Positions 10,770 through 18,623 of a stretch of DNA of 64,000 bases are shown here, piece after piece. The notes below the pieces were generated by a model. That model saw nothing but the letters and a program-made list of their open reading frames with translations, ran no database searches and was not told the origin of the DNA. Source of the DNA: an uncultured Bifidobacteriaceae bacterium. Lineage in GTDB: Bacteria > Bacteroidota > Bacteroidia > Chitinophagales > UBA10324. The stretch lies in contig CAYRJA010000001.1 of NCBI GenBank assembly GCA_964424455.1, forward strand, positions 2,887-66,886, in the 5' to 3' direction. A program made the translations under genes and the position numbers. Each line of letters starts with the position of its first letter. Positions within the stretch are counted from its first letter, which is position 1.

Positions 10770-11819
10770 GTGGACATACTTCAACTCATACGACCGCATC
10801 TGTTACACCTTACACCGTATTCATCTGCAAGAGATGATTTTAAAGGAAAGGAAGGGATTTTTTTAGATGCCAATGAAAATCCGATAGGGTCAACTGTAAC
10901 ACAATCCTACAACCGTTATCCGGATCCGCACCATTCCGAGCTGAAGAAAAAACTTTCAGAAGTAAAAAAGACATCACCGGAAAATATTTTTATCGGCAAC
11001 GGAAGTGACGAACCTATTGACTTGCTGATTCGTCTTTTTTGCAGACCGGAAACGGATAATATCATTATTTGTCCGCCGACTTACGGAATGTATGCAGTAA
11101 GTGCAGAACTGAATGATGTAAAAGTTAAACAGGTAAATCTTACACCCGACTTTCAATTAGACACAAAGCGGATTCTTGAAAATGCAGATGCTCATTCAAA
11201 AATTCTTTTTCTCTGCTCACCCAACAATCCTACAGGTAATTTGCTGAGAGAAAATGATATTGAGTCAGTGGTAAGGAGTTTCAACGGCATCATTGTAATA
11301 GACGAAGCATACATTGATTTTGTTCCGCATTCATCGTGGCTCAGCCGCCTGAATGAATTTCCTAATCTGGTTATCCTTCAAACATTTTCTAAAGCGTGGG
11401 GCTTGGCAAACCTTCGCGTGGGCATTGCTTTTTCTTCTCTGGTGATTATTTCATACATGGAAAAAATCAAGCCGCCGTACAATGTTAACGGCTACTCTCA
11501 GCAAACGGCGGTGCAGGCATTGCAAAATGAGGAGATAAAAAACAAGTATGTAGCTGCGCTTATTGCAGAGCGGGATAAAGTTCTGTCAGAACTGAAAAAA
11601 CATTTATTTATAAAGAAAATATTTCCTTCTGATTCAAATTTTCTGCTTGTGCGTGTGAACGATGCTAAAAAGTTATACAACTATCTTACTGACAACGGCA
11701 TCATCGTAAGAAACCGCTCCTCGCTTCCACTTTGTGAGAACACTTTGCGGATTACCATTGGGACACAGGAAGAAAATAAACGACTGCTTGAAGTGTTAGA
11801 GTGTTATAAAGACAATTAA
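10770..11819 (+). CDS. hisC: histidinol-phosphate aminotransferase
   Basis: 349 aa. Class II aminotransferase with PLP-lysine context QTFSKAWGLANLRVG. Starts 2 nt after the hisD stop. Confidence 0.92.
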   Translation: MDILQLIRPHLLHLTPYSSARDDFKGKEGIFLDANENPIGSTVTQSYNRYPDPHHSELKKKLSEVKKTSPENIFIGNGSDEPIDLLIRLFCRPETDNIIICPPTYGMYAVSAELNDVKVKQVNLTPDFQLDTKRILENADAHSKILFLCSPNNPTGNLLRENDIESVVRSFNGIIVIDEAYIDFVPHSSWLSRLNEFPNLVILQTFSKAWGLANLRVGIAFSSLVIISYMEKIKPPYNVNGYSQQTAVQALQNEEIKNKYVAALIAERDKVLSELKKHLFIKKIFPSDSNFLLVRVNDAKKLYNYLTDNGIIVRNRSSLPLCENTLRITIGTQEENKRLLEVLECYKDN

Positions 11820-11853
11820 CACATAATCAGTTTTTACAACGTTGAAAACAAAA

Positions 11854-11887
11854 AACCCTGAACTTACATAACATAAGATTCAGGGTT
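11854..11887. terminator. bidirectional rho-independent terminator between hisC and tRNA-Glu
   Basis: 9-bp stem AACCCTGAA/TTCAGGGTT with a 16-nt loop. A-run upstream and T-rich tract downstream. Confidence 0.7.
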
Positions 11888-11895
11888 TGTTGTTG

Positions 11896-11967
11896 TAGCG
11901 CGTACGAGAATCGAACTCGTGATTCGTCCGTGAAAGGGACGCGTCTTAACCCCTTGACCAACGCGCC
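11896..11967 (-). tRNA. tRNA-Glu (anticodon UUC)
   Basis: 72 nt, folded by hand as a cloverleaf. Acceptor GGCGCGT/ACGCGCT, anticodon stem CGTCC/GGACG, loop CTTTCAC, T arm ACGAG-TTCGATT-CTCGT. No encoded CCA. Confidence 0.9.
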
Positions 11968-11984
11968 AAATTTTTAAGAGGGCG

Positions 11985-11992
11985 CAAAGATA
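11985..11992 (-). promoter_or_regulatory. Bacteroidota -7 promoter box (TAnnTTTG) for tRNA-Glu
   Basis: Minus-strand TATCTTTG lies 18 nt upstream of the tRNA 5' end. The same octamer precedes tRNA-Asn. Confidence 0.6.
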
Positions 11993-12115
11993 ACCGCCGA
12001 AACAAATACTTCAAACTTTTTACGAAGTTAAACAGACGAAAAAGTATTTATCCTTATCATCCGGGTATTATACCGTAAAAACTTCTCAATTATTTTGTCC
12101 TTTACCCTGAACGAT

Positions 12116-12123
12116 TATCTTTG
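12116..12123 (+). promoter_or_regulatory. Bacteroidota -7 promoter box (TAnnTTTG) for tRNA-Asn
   Basis: TATCTTTG lies 17 nt upstream of the tRNA-Asn 5' end. Confidence 0.6.
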
Positions 12124-12139
12124 CAGCCCTCAAACATCT

Positions 12140-12213
12140 TCCTCGGTAGCTCAGTTGGTTAGAGCATCTGACTGTTAATCAGAGGGTCGCTGGTTCAAGT
12201 CCAGCCCGGGGAG
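12140..12213 (+). tRNA. tRNA-Asn (anticodon GUU)
   Basis: 74 nt. Acceptor TCCTCGG/CCGGGGA, D arm GCTC-AGTTGGTTA-GAGC, anticodon stem TCTGA/TCAGA with loop CTGTTAA, T arm GCTGG-TTCAAGT-CCAGC. Confidence 0.93.
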
Positions 12214-12330
12214 CTTAGTGGGTCAGAGTCCCGCACTTGCGGGATTAATCAGAGGGAGTTCCGTACATACGGAATCCAGCCCGGGGAGCTTAGTCAGAGT
12301 TTTGCACTTGCGGGAATCATTCAGCCAGAT
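12200..12330 (+). repeat. tandem tRNA-Asn-3'-end-derived repeat units (about 75 bp, two and a half copies)
   Basis: The 20-mer TCCAGCCCGGGGAGCTTAGT occurs at 12200-12219 (tRNA 3' end plus trailer) and again at 12275-12294. Each copy is followed by a CAGAGT(CCC/TTT)GCACTTGCGGGA hairpin unit; the third unit is degenerate. Confidence 0.85.
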
Positions 12331-12689
12331 AACTAAGATTGAATTACAAATTCAGTTTTTGTTTCATGTACTTTATTTACATACTGTACTCAACATCAGC
12401 AGATAAATATTATGTTGGTTATAGTTCCGATCCGTTTCGCAGATTAGAAGAGCACAATACAAAACCATTCAACACTTTTACAAGTAAGTATCGTCCATGG
12501 CAGATAGCTTCTGTATTTCAATGCTCGGAAGATAAGTTTGAAACAATGCGAATAGAAAAGTTTATCAAGCAACAGAAGAGCAGGAAATTATTAGAACGGC
12601 TTTGTGACAGTTCATTCGTTCCGACAGGCGAGTTAGATCAGTTGGTTAGAGTCCCGCACTTGCGGGATTAATCAGAGGGAGTTCCGTAC
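12225..12689 (+). mobile_element. putative GIY-YIG cassette bounded by perfect 42-bp direct repeats
   Basis: AGAGTCCCGCACTTGCGGGATTAATCAGAGGGAGTTCCGTAC at 12225-12266 and 12648-12689 matched 42/42 when compared base by base. The repeats flank the GIY-YIG ORF. No integrase or transposase is present. Confidence 0.45.
12366..12671 (+). CDS. GIY-YIG (URI-domain) nuclease family protein
   Basis: The likely start is the ATG at 12366 (MYFIYILYSTSADKYYVGYSSDPFRRLEEHN), giving the GIY...YVG motif at the N terminus. The last 8 codons lie inside the 42-bp repeat. Confidence 0.8.
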   Translation: MYFIYILYSTSADKYYVGYSSDPFRRLEEHNTKPFNTFTSKYRPWQIASVFQCSEDKFETMRIEKFIKQQKSRKLLERLCDSSFVPTGELDQLVRVPHLRD

Positions 12690-12700
12690 GAACGGAACAG
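12630..12700 (+). repeat. tRNA-Asn-like chimeric module (D-arm and anticodon-3' segments retained, other arms replaced by hairpins)
   Basis: TCAGTTGGTTAGAG and TTAATCAGAGGG are shared with tRNA-Asn. Hairpins TCCCGC-ACTT-GCGGGA and GTTCCGT-ACGA-ACGGAAC replace the anticodon 5' half and the T arm. Confidence 0.6.
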
Positions 12701-12947
12701 GCACACAGGATCAACTCAATTTTTTTCTATTCCTATCTCATCTGATAATTCCTACTTCGTAAAATTTAGTTCTCTGCCAATGGAGAATAATATGCTTTTT
12801 TCATTGACGAATACAATATTCAACATTCAATATTAAAGAATGTGCAGGGAAGTGAGAATTAATTGAAAATAGCAATGCCAATTGTCAGAGTTTTGTCATA
12901 TTTTCTGTCTATGACTTAAATCACTATCGTTCGGTATTTATCCCCAA

Positions 12948-12955
12948 TATATTTG
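12948..12955 (+). promoter_or_regulatory. Bacteroidota -7 promoter box (TATATTTG)
   Basis: Exact TAnnTTTG match 30 nt upstream of the ATG at 12985. Confidence 0.5.
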
Positions 12956-12984
12956 CACGAAACTTAAAAATCAATAAAAATATT

Positions 12985-14283
12985 ATGAAAAATTTAGTTA
13001 CAGCATTCATTGCATTTTGTTTTTTTACTTCTGCCAACGCTCAGTTTTCTGTTACCAATGATTCAGTGTATATGGGAGCCGGGTATGCAAAGCAGGTTTA
13101 TTATAGTCTTGCGAATGATAGCGTTGGAGCCGCTCCCATGCTGACTCCTGAATCGTGGGATTTAGGGTTTATTACCAATATGATGGATGCGGCAATTATC
13201 GTGAATCATGCAAAAGGAATTTCAGTTTACAAAGTTCCGAATCAGGATACTGCCGATTGGGCAACATTGGATACAACCGGAATTTATTCGTGGAGTAAAT
13301 CATATAACAGCGATACAAGTTGGAGAAAAGGCGCTTTTAACATAGACGCAAATCCTAATGACCAGTTTGATTTCGGATGGGGAAAATATGATTTCGGAAT
13401 GCACGGAGTTGCAGGAGGCGATAAACTTTACATTCTGCAAACAGGTCCTTCTTCCTATAAGAAAATTAAATTCATTTCTAAAGTAGGTGTAACACCTACA
13501 GACACTAACACCGTCTTCTTCCGTATTGCCAATCTGGATGGATCGGATGATAATTTAGTAAAAGTGAATGGAACACCATATCAGAATAAGAACTTTGTTT
13601 ATTACAACATCAGCACAAATTCTGTTATTGATATTGAACCTGAAAAAACAAGTTGGGATATTTTGTTCACCCGGTATATTTCCATTCCTGTTCAGACAAT
13701 GGCTCCTCCTGTTGCAGGAGTGCTCAGTAACATAGGAGTGAAGGTTGCCCAGGCAAGAGGAATAAATATTGATTATACTGGGGGAAATTATGCTGATTCT
13801 CTCAGTTCAAATATTTCAACCATTGGTTACGACTGGAAAACTTATGTTTATGCACCTCCTCCGGGTTATTATGCTATTGATGATTCGCTTACCTATTTTA
13901 TTAAAACAAAAGGCGGCTCAGTTTACAGATTGAATTTTACCGGTTTTGGCGGCGGAGCAAACGGCAAGTTTGCCTTTGCAAAACAAGAGTTGTTGCTGAC
14001 ATCAGCACTTTCACCATCGGCTAATACAGTCAGCGCAGGAATATTCCCGAATCCTGCTGTAGGTGAGAACCTTACTCTTTTGGTTTCTTCTGAGCAGACT
14101 AACGATGCGTTAATTAATGTTTATGATTTGTCAGGAAGAAATGTGATAAATCAAAAAGTACAAATGAATAACGGGTTGAACGTAATTCCTGTCAATATCA
14201 ATAATCTTGTTTCAGGATCATACTTGGTAAAAGTGTTACAGAACGGAAGTGAAGTGAACCTGAAAATGATAGTAGCAAAGTAA
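12985..14283 (+). CDS. secreted HmuY-like protein with T9SS C-terminal sorting domain
   Basis: 432 aa. Signal peptide, WDLGF and WDILFTRY motifs shared with the lipoprotein at 16612. C-terminal CTD (IFPNPAVGENLTL...VYDLSGRNV...GSYLVKV). Confidence 0.6.
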   Translation: MKNLVTAFIAFCFFTSANAQFSVTNDSVYMGAGYAKQVYYSLANDSVGAAPMLTPESWDLGFITNMMDAAIIVNHAKGISVYKVPNQDTADWATLDTTGIYSWSKSYNSDTSWRKGAFNIDANPNDQFDFGWGKYDFGMHGVAGGDKLYILQTGPSSYKKIKFISKVGVTPTDTNTVFFRIANLDGSDDNLVKVNGTPYQNKNFVYYNISTNSVIDIEPEKTSWDILFTRYISIPVQTMAPPVAGVLSNIGVKVAQARGINIDYTGGNYADSLSSNISTIGYDWKTYVYAPPPGYYAIDDSLTYFIKTKGGSVYRLNFTGFGGGANGKFAFAKQELLLTSALSPSANTVSAGIFPNPAVGENLTLLVSSEQTNDALINVYDLSGRNVINQKVQMNNGLNVIPVNINNLVSGSYLVKVLQNGSEVNLKMIVAK

Positions 14284-14362
14284 AAAAGTGTCATCCGGGT
14301 GAAGGGAGAAGATATCATAAAGGGAGAGATAGATGCTCCCTTTGCCGGACTGACCAATCAGT

Positions 14363-16597
14363 ATGAATAAAATCAGGTATATTTTTTTATGTACCGCTCT
14401 TCTTTTTGCGGGTATTCAGGCTCATGCACAAAAGCAGAACACGATTACCGTATTATCTGAAGGAGATAAAACACCGCTTGAAAATGTTACAGTCATTATT
14501 CAGCCGGTAGAAAAAAGCGCTAAAGCGACAGTGCTTTTTACGGATAGTAAAGGCGCTGTAACAGTTTCACTTCAATCATCAGCGCATATAAATGCTAAGT
14601 TGATTGGTTATAAATCCATCTCACAAACTATTAAGCAGGGAGAATCATATACCTTTCTTTTACCGAAAGAAAATTATGAACTGAATGAAGTAGTTGTAAC
14701 AGGTCAGTACAACATCAATACAACGGACAAATCGGTTTACTCTGTAAAAGTGATTGATGAAAAAGAAATTACAGCAAAAGCAGCCACTTCATTAGATGAA
14801 CTGTTACAGTCTGAGTTAAATATCCGCATATCTGAGGATAACCTTCTCGGTTCTTCTGTCAGTATGAACGGCTTGTCAGGTCAGAATGTAAAAATCATGG
14901 TGGATGGTGTGCCGGTAATTGGTCGCGAAAATGGCAGCATTGATATCAGTCAGTTAAACCTGAATGATATTGAACGGGTTGAAATTATTCAGGGACCTAT
15001 GTCCGTCATGTATGGCACGGATGCCATCGGAGGATTAATCAATTTGATAACGAAGCAAACCACAAGACACGGTTTTGAGGGCAATGTGAATCTGAACTAC
15101 GAAACCATTGGCACTTACAATGCAGATGGAAATATCTATTGCAAAAACAAACACCAGCATTTCTCTCTGAGCAGCGGACGCTATTTCTTTGGCGGATTTC
15201 CTTCACCTGATTCTTCACGATTTCAGCAATGGAAACCATGGGAGAAATATTTTGGCTCAGCAGAGTATGGTTTTAAAACCAAATGGATAGACGGACAATT
15301 CCGCACCGATTATTATCATCAGCTCACTCAGAACAAAGGCGTACCTATTATCAACCCTTATGAAGCGTATGCGTTTGATGATTATTATACAACAGATCGT
15401 TTCAGTTTTACTGCGTTGAATAGTATTAATCTGAGAAGTCCGGGTGTGCTTCAGTTTACCAACTCGTATTCATTTTACAAACGTATAGCGAACACTTACA
15501 ATAAGAACTTGGTTGACCTTACTCAATTTCAAACTAACGCAGCAGAAAGTCAGGATACTTCTGATTTTGATTTGATATTACTGAGAGGCACTTACAGTAA
15601 CACTAATCCCGAAAAGGATTTCAGTTTCCAGACAGGGTATGATATTAATCTGGAAACGGGCAGGGGAGAGAAACTGAAAACCAAATCACAATGCATTTAC
15701 GATTATGCGCTGTTCGGAAGCATTGAATTCAAAATGAATAATTTTCTTTTTCGCCCTGGACTTAGAATTGCATACAACTCCCGCTATGGTGAACCATTGA
15801 TTCCTTCTCTTAATGTTAAATATAAAGTTACAGAGAAGGTACAACTGCGGGCTTCTTATTCCAGAGGATTTCGCGCACCATCTCTTAAGGAACTGGATTT
15901 GTATTTTGTAGATGTAAATCATAATATTCTCGGCAATTCAAATCTGAAAGCCGAACATTCAGACCATTATGATTTTTCAGTCAACTATCAGAATAATTTC
16001 AACCGCCAAATGATGAAGTTAGAATACACTCTTTTCTACAACAACATTTCGGATATTATCACATTAGCAATGGTGGACAGCGCTGTGCAACAGTACTCTT
16101 ATATCAACATTGATAAATACAAAACAGCAGGAACGAAAATTGAACTGCAATGGAAAACCGGAAAACTGAATCTGCAATCCGGTTTCTCGTTAACAGGTTT
16201 GTATAATTCACTGTCAGAACAATATGAAAACATCAGACAGTTTTCCTTTACTCCTGAATTTGTACTCGGCGCTTCTTATAGTTTTGACAAAATAAAATCA
16301 ACCGCTTCATTGTTTATGAAGCATACAGGAGAGACTCCGGGCTTTGCTGTTAATAATGATAAGCAAGTGTATTCTACTATGGTTTCTCCTTACACAACAC
16401 TGGATATAGTGTTACAGAAATCATTTTGGACAGATAGAATTAACTTCTCTACGGGTGTAAAAAATCTGTTAGATGTAGTTAATGTAAAGAGTACAGCAGT
16501 CGGTAGTGATTTTCACTCATCCAATACCGGCTTTCTCCCGTATGCAATGGGAAGATATTTCTTTTTGAAGATGAACTTTAAAATTTATAAATCTTAA
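14363..16597 (+). CDS. TonB-dependent receptor (CarboxypepD_reg N-domain, plug, barrel)
   Basis: 744 aa. Signal peptide, VVVTGQ, plug motifs GVPVIGRENGSIDISQL and IEIIQGPMSVMYGTDAIGGLINLITK, beta-barrel repeats. Confidence 0.9.
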   Translation: MNKIRYIFLCTALLFAGIQAHAQKQNTITVLSEGDKTPLENVTVIIQPVEKSAKATVLFTDSKGAVTVSLQSSAHINAKLIGYKSISQTIKQGESYTFLLPKENYELNEVVVTGQYNINTTDKSVYSVKVIDEKEITAKAATSLDELLQSELNIRISEDNLLGSSVSMNGLSGQNVKIMVDGVPVIGRENGSIDISQLNLNDIERVEIIQGPMSVMYGTDAIGGLINLITKQTTRHGFEGNVNLNYETIGTYNADGNIYCKNKHQHFSLSSGRYFFGGFPSPDSSRFQQWKPWEKYFGSAEYGFKTKWIDGQFRTDYYHQLTQNKGVPIINPYEAYAFDDYYTTDRFSFTALNSINLRSPGVLQFTNSYSFYKRIANTYNKNLVDLTQFQTNAAESQDTSDFDLILLRGTYSNTNPEKDFSFQTGYDINLETGRGEKLKTKSQCIYDYALFGSIEFKMNNFLFRPGLRIAYNSRYGEPLIPSLNVKYKVTEKVQLRASYSRGFRAPSLKELDLYFVDVNHNILGNSNLKAEHSDHYDFSVNYQNNFNRQMMKLEYTLFYNNISDIITLAMVDSAVQQYSYINIDKYKTAGTKIELQWKTGKLNLQSGFSLTGLYNSLSEQYENIRQFSFTPEFVLGASYSFDKIKSTASLFMKHTGETPGFAVNNDKQVYSTMVSPYTTLDIVLQKSFWTDRINFSTGVKNLLDVVNVKSTAVGSDFHSSNTGFLPYAMGRYFFLKMNFKIYKS

Positions 16598-16611
16598 AGC
16601 TGATTTATAAC

Positions 16612-17655
16612 ATGAAGAAGTCTTGGGTAATAATAAACTATGTAAGTATTGCAATAATACTAACTGTAACACTTCTCCTTTCTTCCTGCTTTAAAAAGGA
16701 TAAACCTGTTACTCTGCCGCCCCGTGGCGAATCACAGATGGCTCAAATTCCACTCGGTTCTTCTTACACCAATCAGGTTTACTTTCAGTTTAAAACCGGA
16801 AATACTTTTACCAGCGAATACAGAAAATGGGATTTGGCATTTGAGTCTTCTGAAAACGGATATCACATCTGGCTGAACGGCGGAAATATGGAGCTGGCGG
16901 CATTTCTCAGCTCTTCTATAGTCATTGAAGATATTACAAGTGTTACAGGCGCTACATGGAAATGGGATGCACCAAGCTGGAATCAGGATTCCACAGCAAT
17001 AGGAAAGTGGATTGATTTTCGTACAGTATCAGACAGCGCATCAGGAATATATGCTATAGACAGAGGAAGAACGGATATATCTTCAGCAGATAAAATATGG
17101 AAGATACAGTTCATTTCGGTTGATGAACATTCCTATACTTTCAGATATGGACGCATAGGAAAAGGCGCACAACTTTATACTAAAAGGATTGCCAAAGATC
17201 CTACCCGCAACTATGTTCTATTCTCATTTGATGATGAAGGAAAAGTGGTGGAACAGAGTCCGGAAAAATCGGATTGGGATATGTTGTTTACCCGTTACAG
17301 ATATATCTTTTATGATAATCTTCCGCCGGGATATTTCCCACCGTTTCTTTATCCGGTAGAAGGAGTGCTTATCAATCCGGAAAACACTGCTGTGGCAAGA
17401 GATTCGGCAAAGTCTTTTACAGAGATAGATTATGCGTACGCAAAAGGGCTGAATTATAAAACCAGCCGCGATATGATTGGATTCGAATGGAAAAGCATCA
17501 ACCTGTCTGCGCCACTGTTACACTACAATGTGAAATCTTATCTTACCTACATTCTAAGAGATCAGCGAGGTTATTATTGGAAGCTTCGCTTTCTTGACTT
17601 CTATAATGAGCAAGGAGAAAAGGGCTATCCTAAATTTGAGTATCAGCAACTGTAA
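16612..17655 (+). CDS. HmuY-like lipoprotein
   Basis: 347 aa. Lipobox LLLSSC, WDLAFESS and WDMLFTRY motifs paralogous to the 12985 protein. Lies immediately downstream of the TonB-dependent receptor. Confidence 0.55.
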   Translation: MKKSWVIINYVSIAIILTVTLLLSSCFKKDKPVTLPPRGESQMAQIPLGSSYTNQVYFQFKTGNTFTSEYRKWDLAFESSENGYHIWLNGGNMELAAFLSSSIVIEDITSVTGATWKWDAPSWNQDSTAIGKWIDFRTVSDSASGIYAIDRGRTDISSADKIWKIQFISVDEHSYTFRYGRIGKGAQLYTKRIAKDPTRNYVLFSFDDEGKVVEQSPEKSDWDMLFTRYRYIFYDNLPPGYFPPFLYPVEGVLINPENTAVARDSAKSFTEIDYAYAKGLNYKTSRDMIGFEWKSINLSAPLLHYNVKSYLTYILRDQRGYYWKLRFLDFYNEQGEKGYPKFEYQQL

Positions 17656-17682
17656 CAGGCAGATAAGTCAACTTCTGATTGC

Positions 17683-18522
17683 TTAATGAGAATGATATTT
17701 GACTAATCCTTCAATCGGAGATTGAATCATTGTACCTGCTTTCATCCCGTATTTCTCAGCAAGAGCTGTAACAGTTTCTTTAAAAACAAAACCAATACTT
17801 CCTACACAGTTGAAAGTATATTGTTTGTAGTCCGGATAGTGGCTTACAATATTCCGGAAGAAATCATTGAACGCTCCTGTAACAATATCATGAATGAATG
17901 GATGCTCTTTGTTCTCTCCCGCAAAAGGGGCGAAGCTTGCACAATACCTGTTGGGAAGGGGAGAGAAATATATCTTCTTCAGAATTTCATCTTTACTAAA
18001 TGGAAATTTCTGTTTGAATTTTTCATCCAACTCTTTCGGAAAGTAGCCGCGCAAATAATTCCGTAACAACAACCTTCCTATATATGCACCGCTGCCTTCA
18101 TCGCCAAGATGATGACCAAGCGAATCAATACACAAGACAATATTGTTTCCATCATAAATAGCAGTATTACAGCCGGTGCCGAGAATGGCGGCAAATCCTG
18201 CGTTTCTCCCAAGCAGTGCACGACAGGATGCCAGCAAATCATGTCCGATAAAAACACTTACATTCGGAAAACAAGTGTTTAATGCATCACGGATAACCTG
18301 AATATTTTCTGAAGTGGAAACACCGGCGCCATAGAAAAATATTTCTGTTACAGTTGATGCCTGTATGTGTGGCAGCAAATGGAGTCGGATAGATTCCACT
18401 ATTTGCTGTGTGTTCAAATAATAGGGATTATATCCTTCCGTGTCGTTTCTTGTGAAGGAACCATCAGCATTCACCAGCACCCAGGCGGTTTTGGTAGAAC
18501 CGGAATCTGCAATCAATTTCAT
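17683..18522 (-). CDS. BadF/BadG/BcrA/BcrD-type ATPase (N-acetylglucosamine-kinase-like)
   Basis: 279 aa. N-terminal ADSGSTKT phosphate-1 motif, then ILGTGCN and GDEGSGAYIG actin-fold ATPase motifs. Confidence 0.8.
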   Translation of the reverse strand: MKLIADSGSTKTAWVLVNADGSFTRNDTEGYNPYYLNTQQIVESIRLHLLPHIQASTVTEIFFYGAGVSTSENIQVIRDALNTCFPNVSVFIGHDLLASCRALLGRNAGFAAILGTGCNTAIYDGNNIVLCIDSLGHHLGDEGSGAYIGRLLLRNYLRGYFPKELDEKFKQKFPFSKDEILKKIYFSPLPNRYCASFAPFAGENKEHPFIHDIVTGAFNDFFRNIVSHYPDYKQYTFNCVGSIGFVFKETVTALAEKYGMKAGTMIQSPIEGLVKYHSH

Positions 18523-18623
18523 GGGGATAAAAATAGAAATGTATATCCAAACAGTGTGAATGGAGATTTCTTTTAAGAGTTATGTGTATTACATTCGCAT
18601 CATCCATAAAAAACAACTAAATC

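Noticed and set aside
12218-12406. 62-aa ORF in the track starting just after tRNA-Asn
   Set aside because: It is simply a translation of the tRNA-derived repeat units and the 5' flank of the GIY-YIG gene. It overlaps the better-supported GIY-YIG frame and has no start context.
12140-12984. Integrase-mediated genomic island at tRNA-Asn
   Set aside because: The tRNA 3' end is duplicated, but the copies are only 75 bp apart. No integrase, excisionase or cargo genes follow, only the GIY-YIG ORF.
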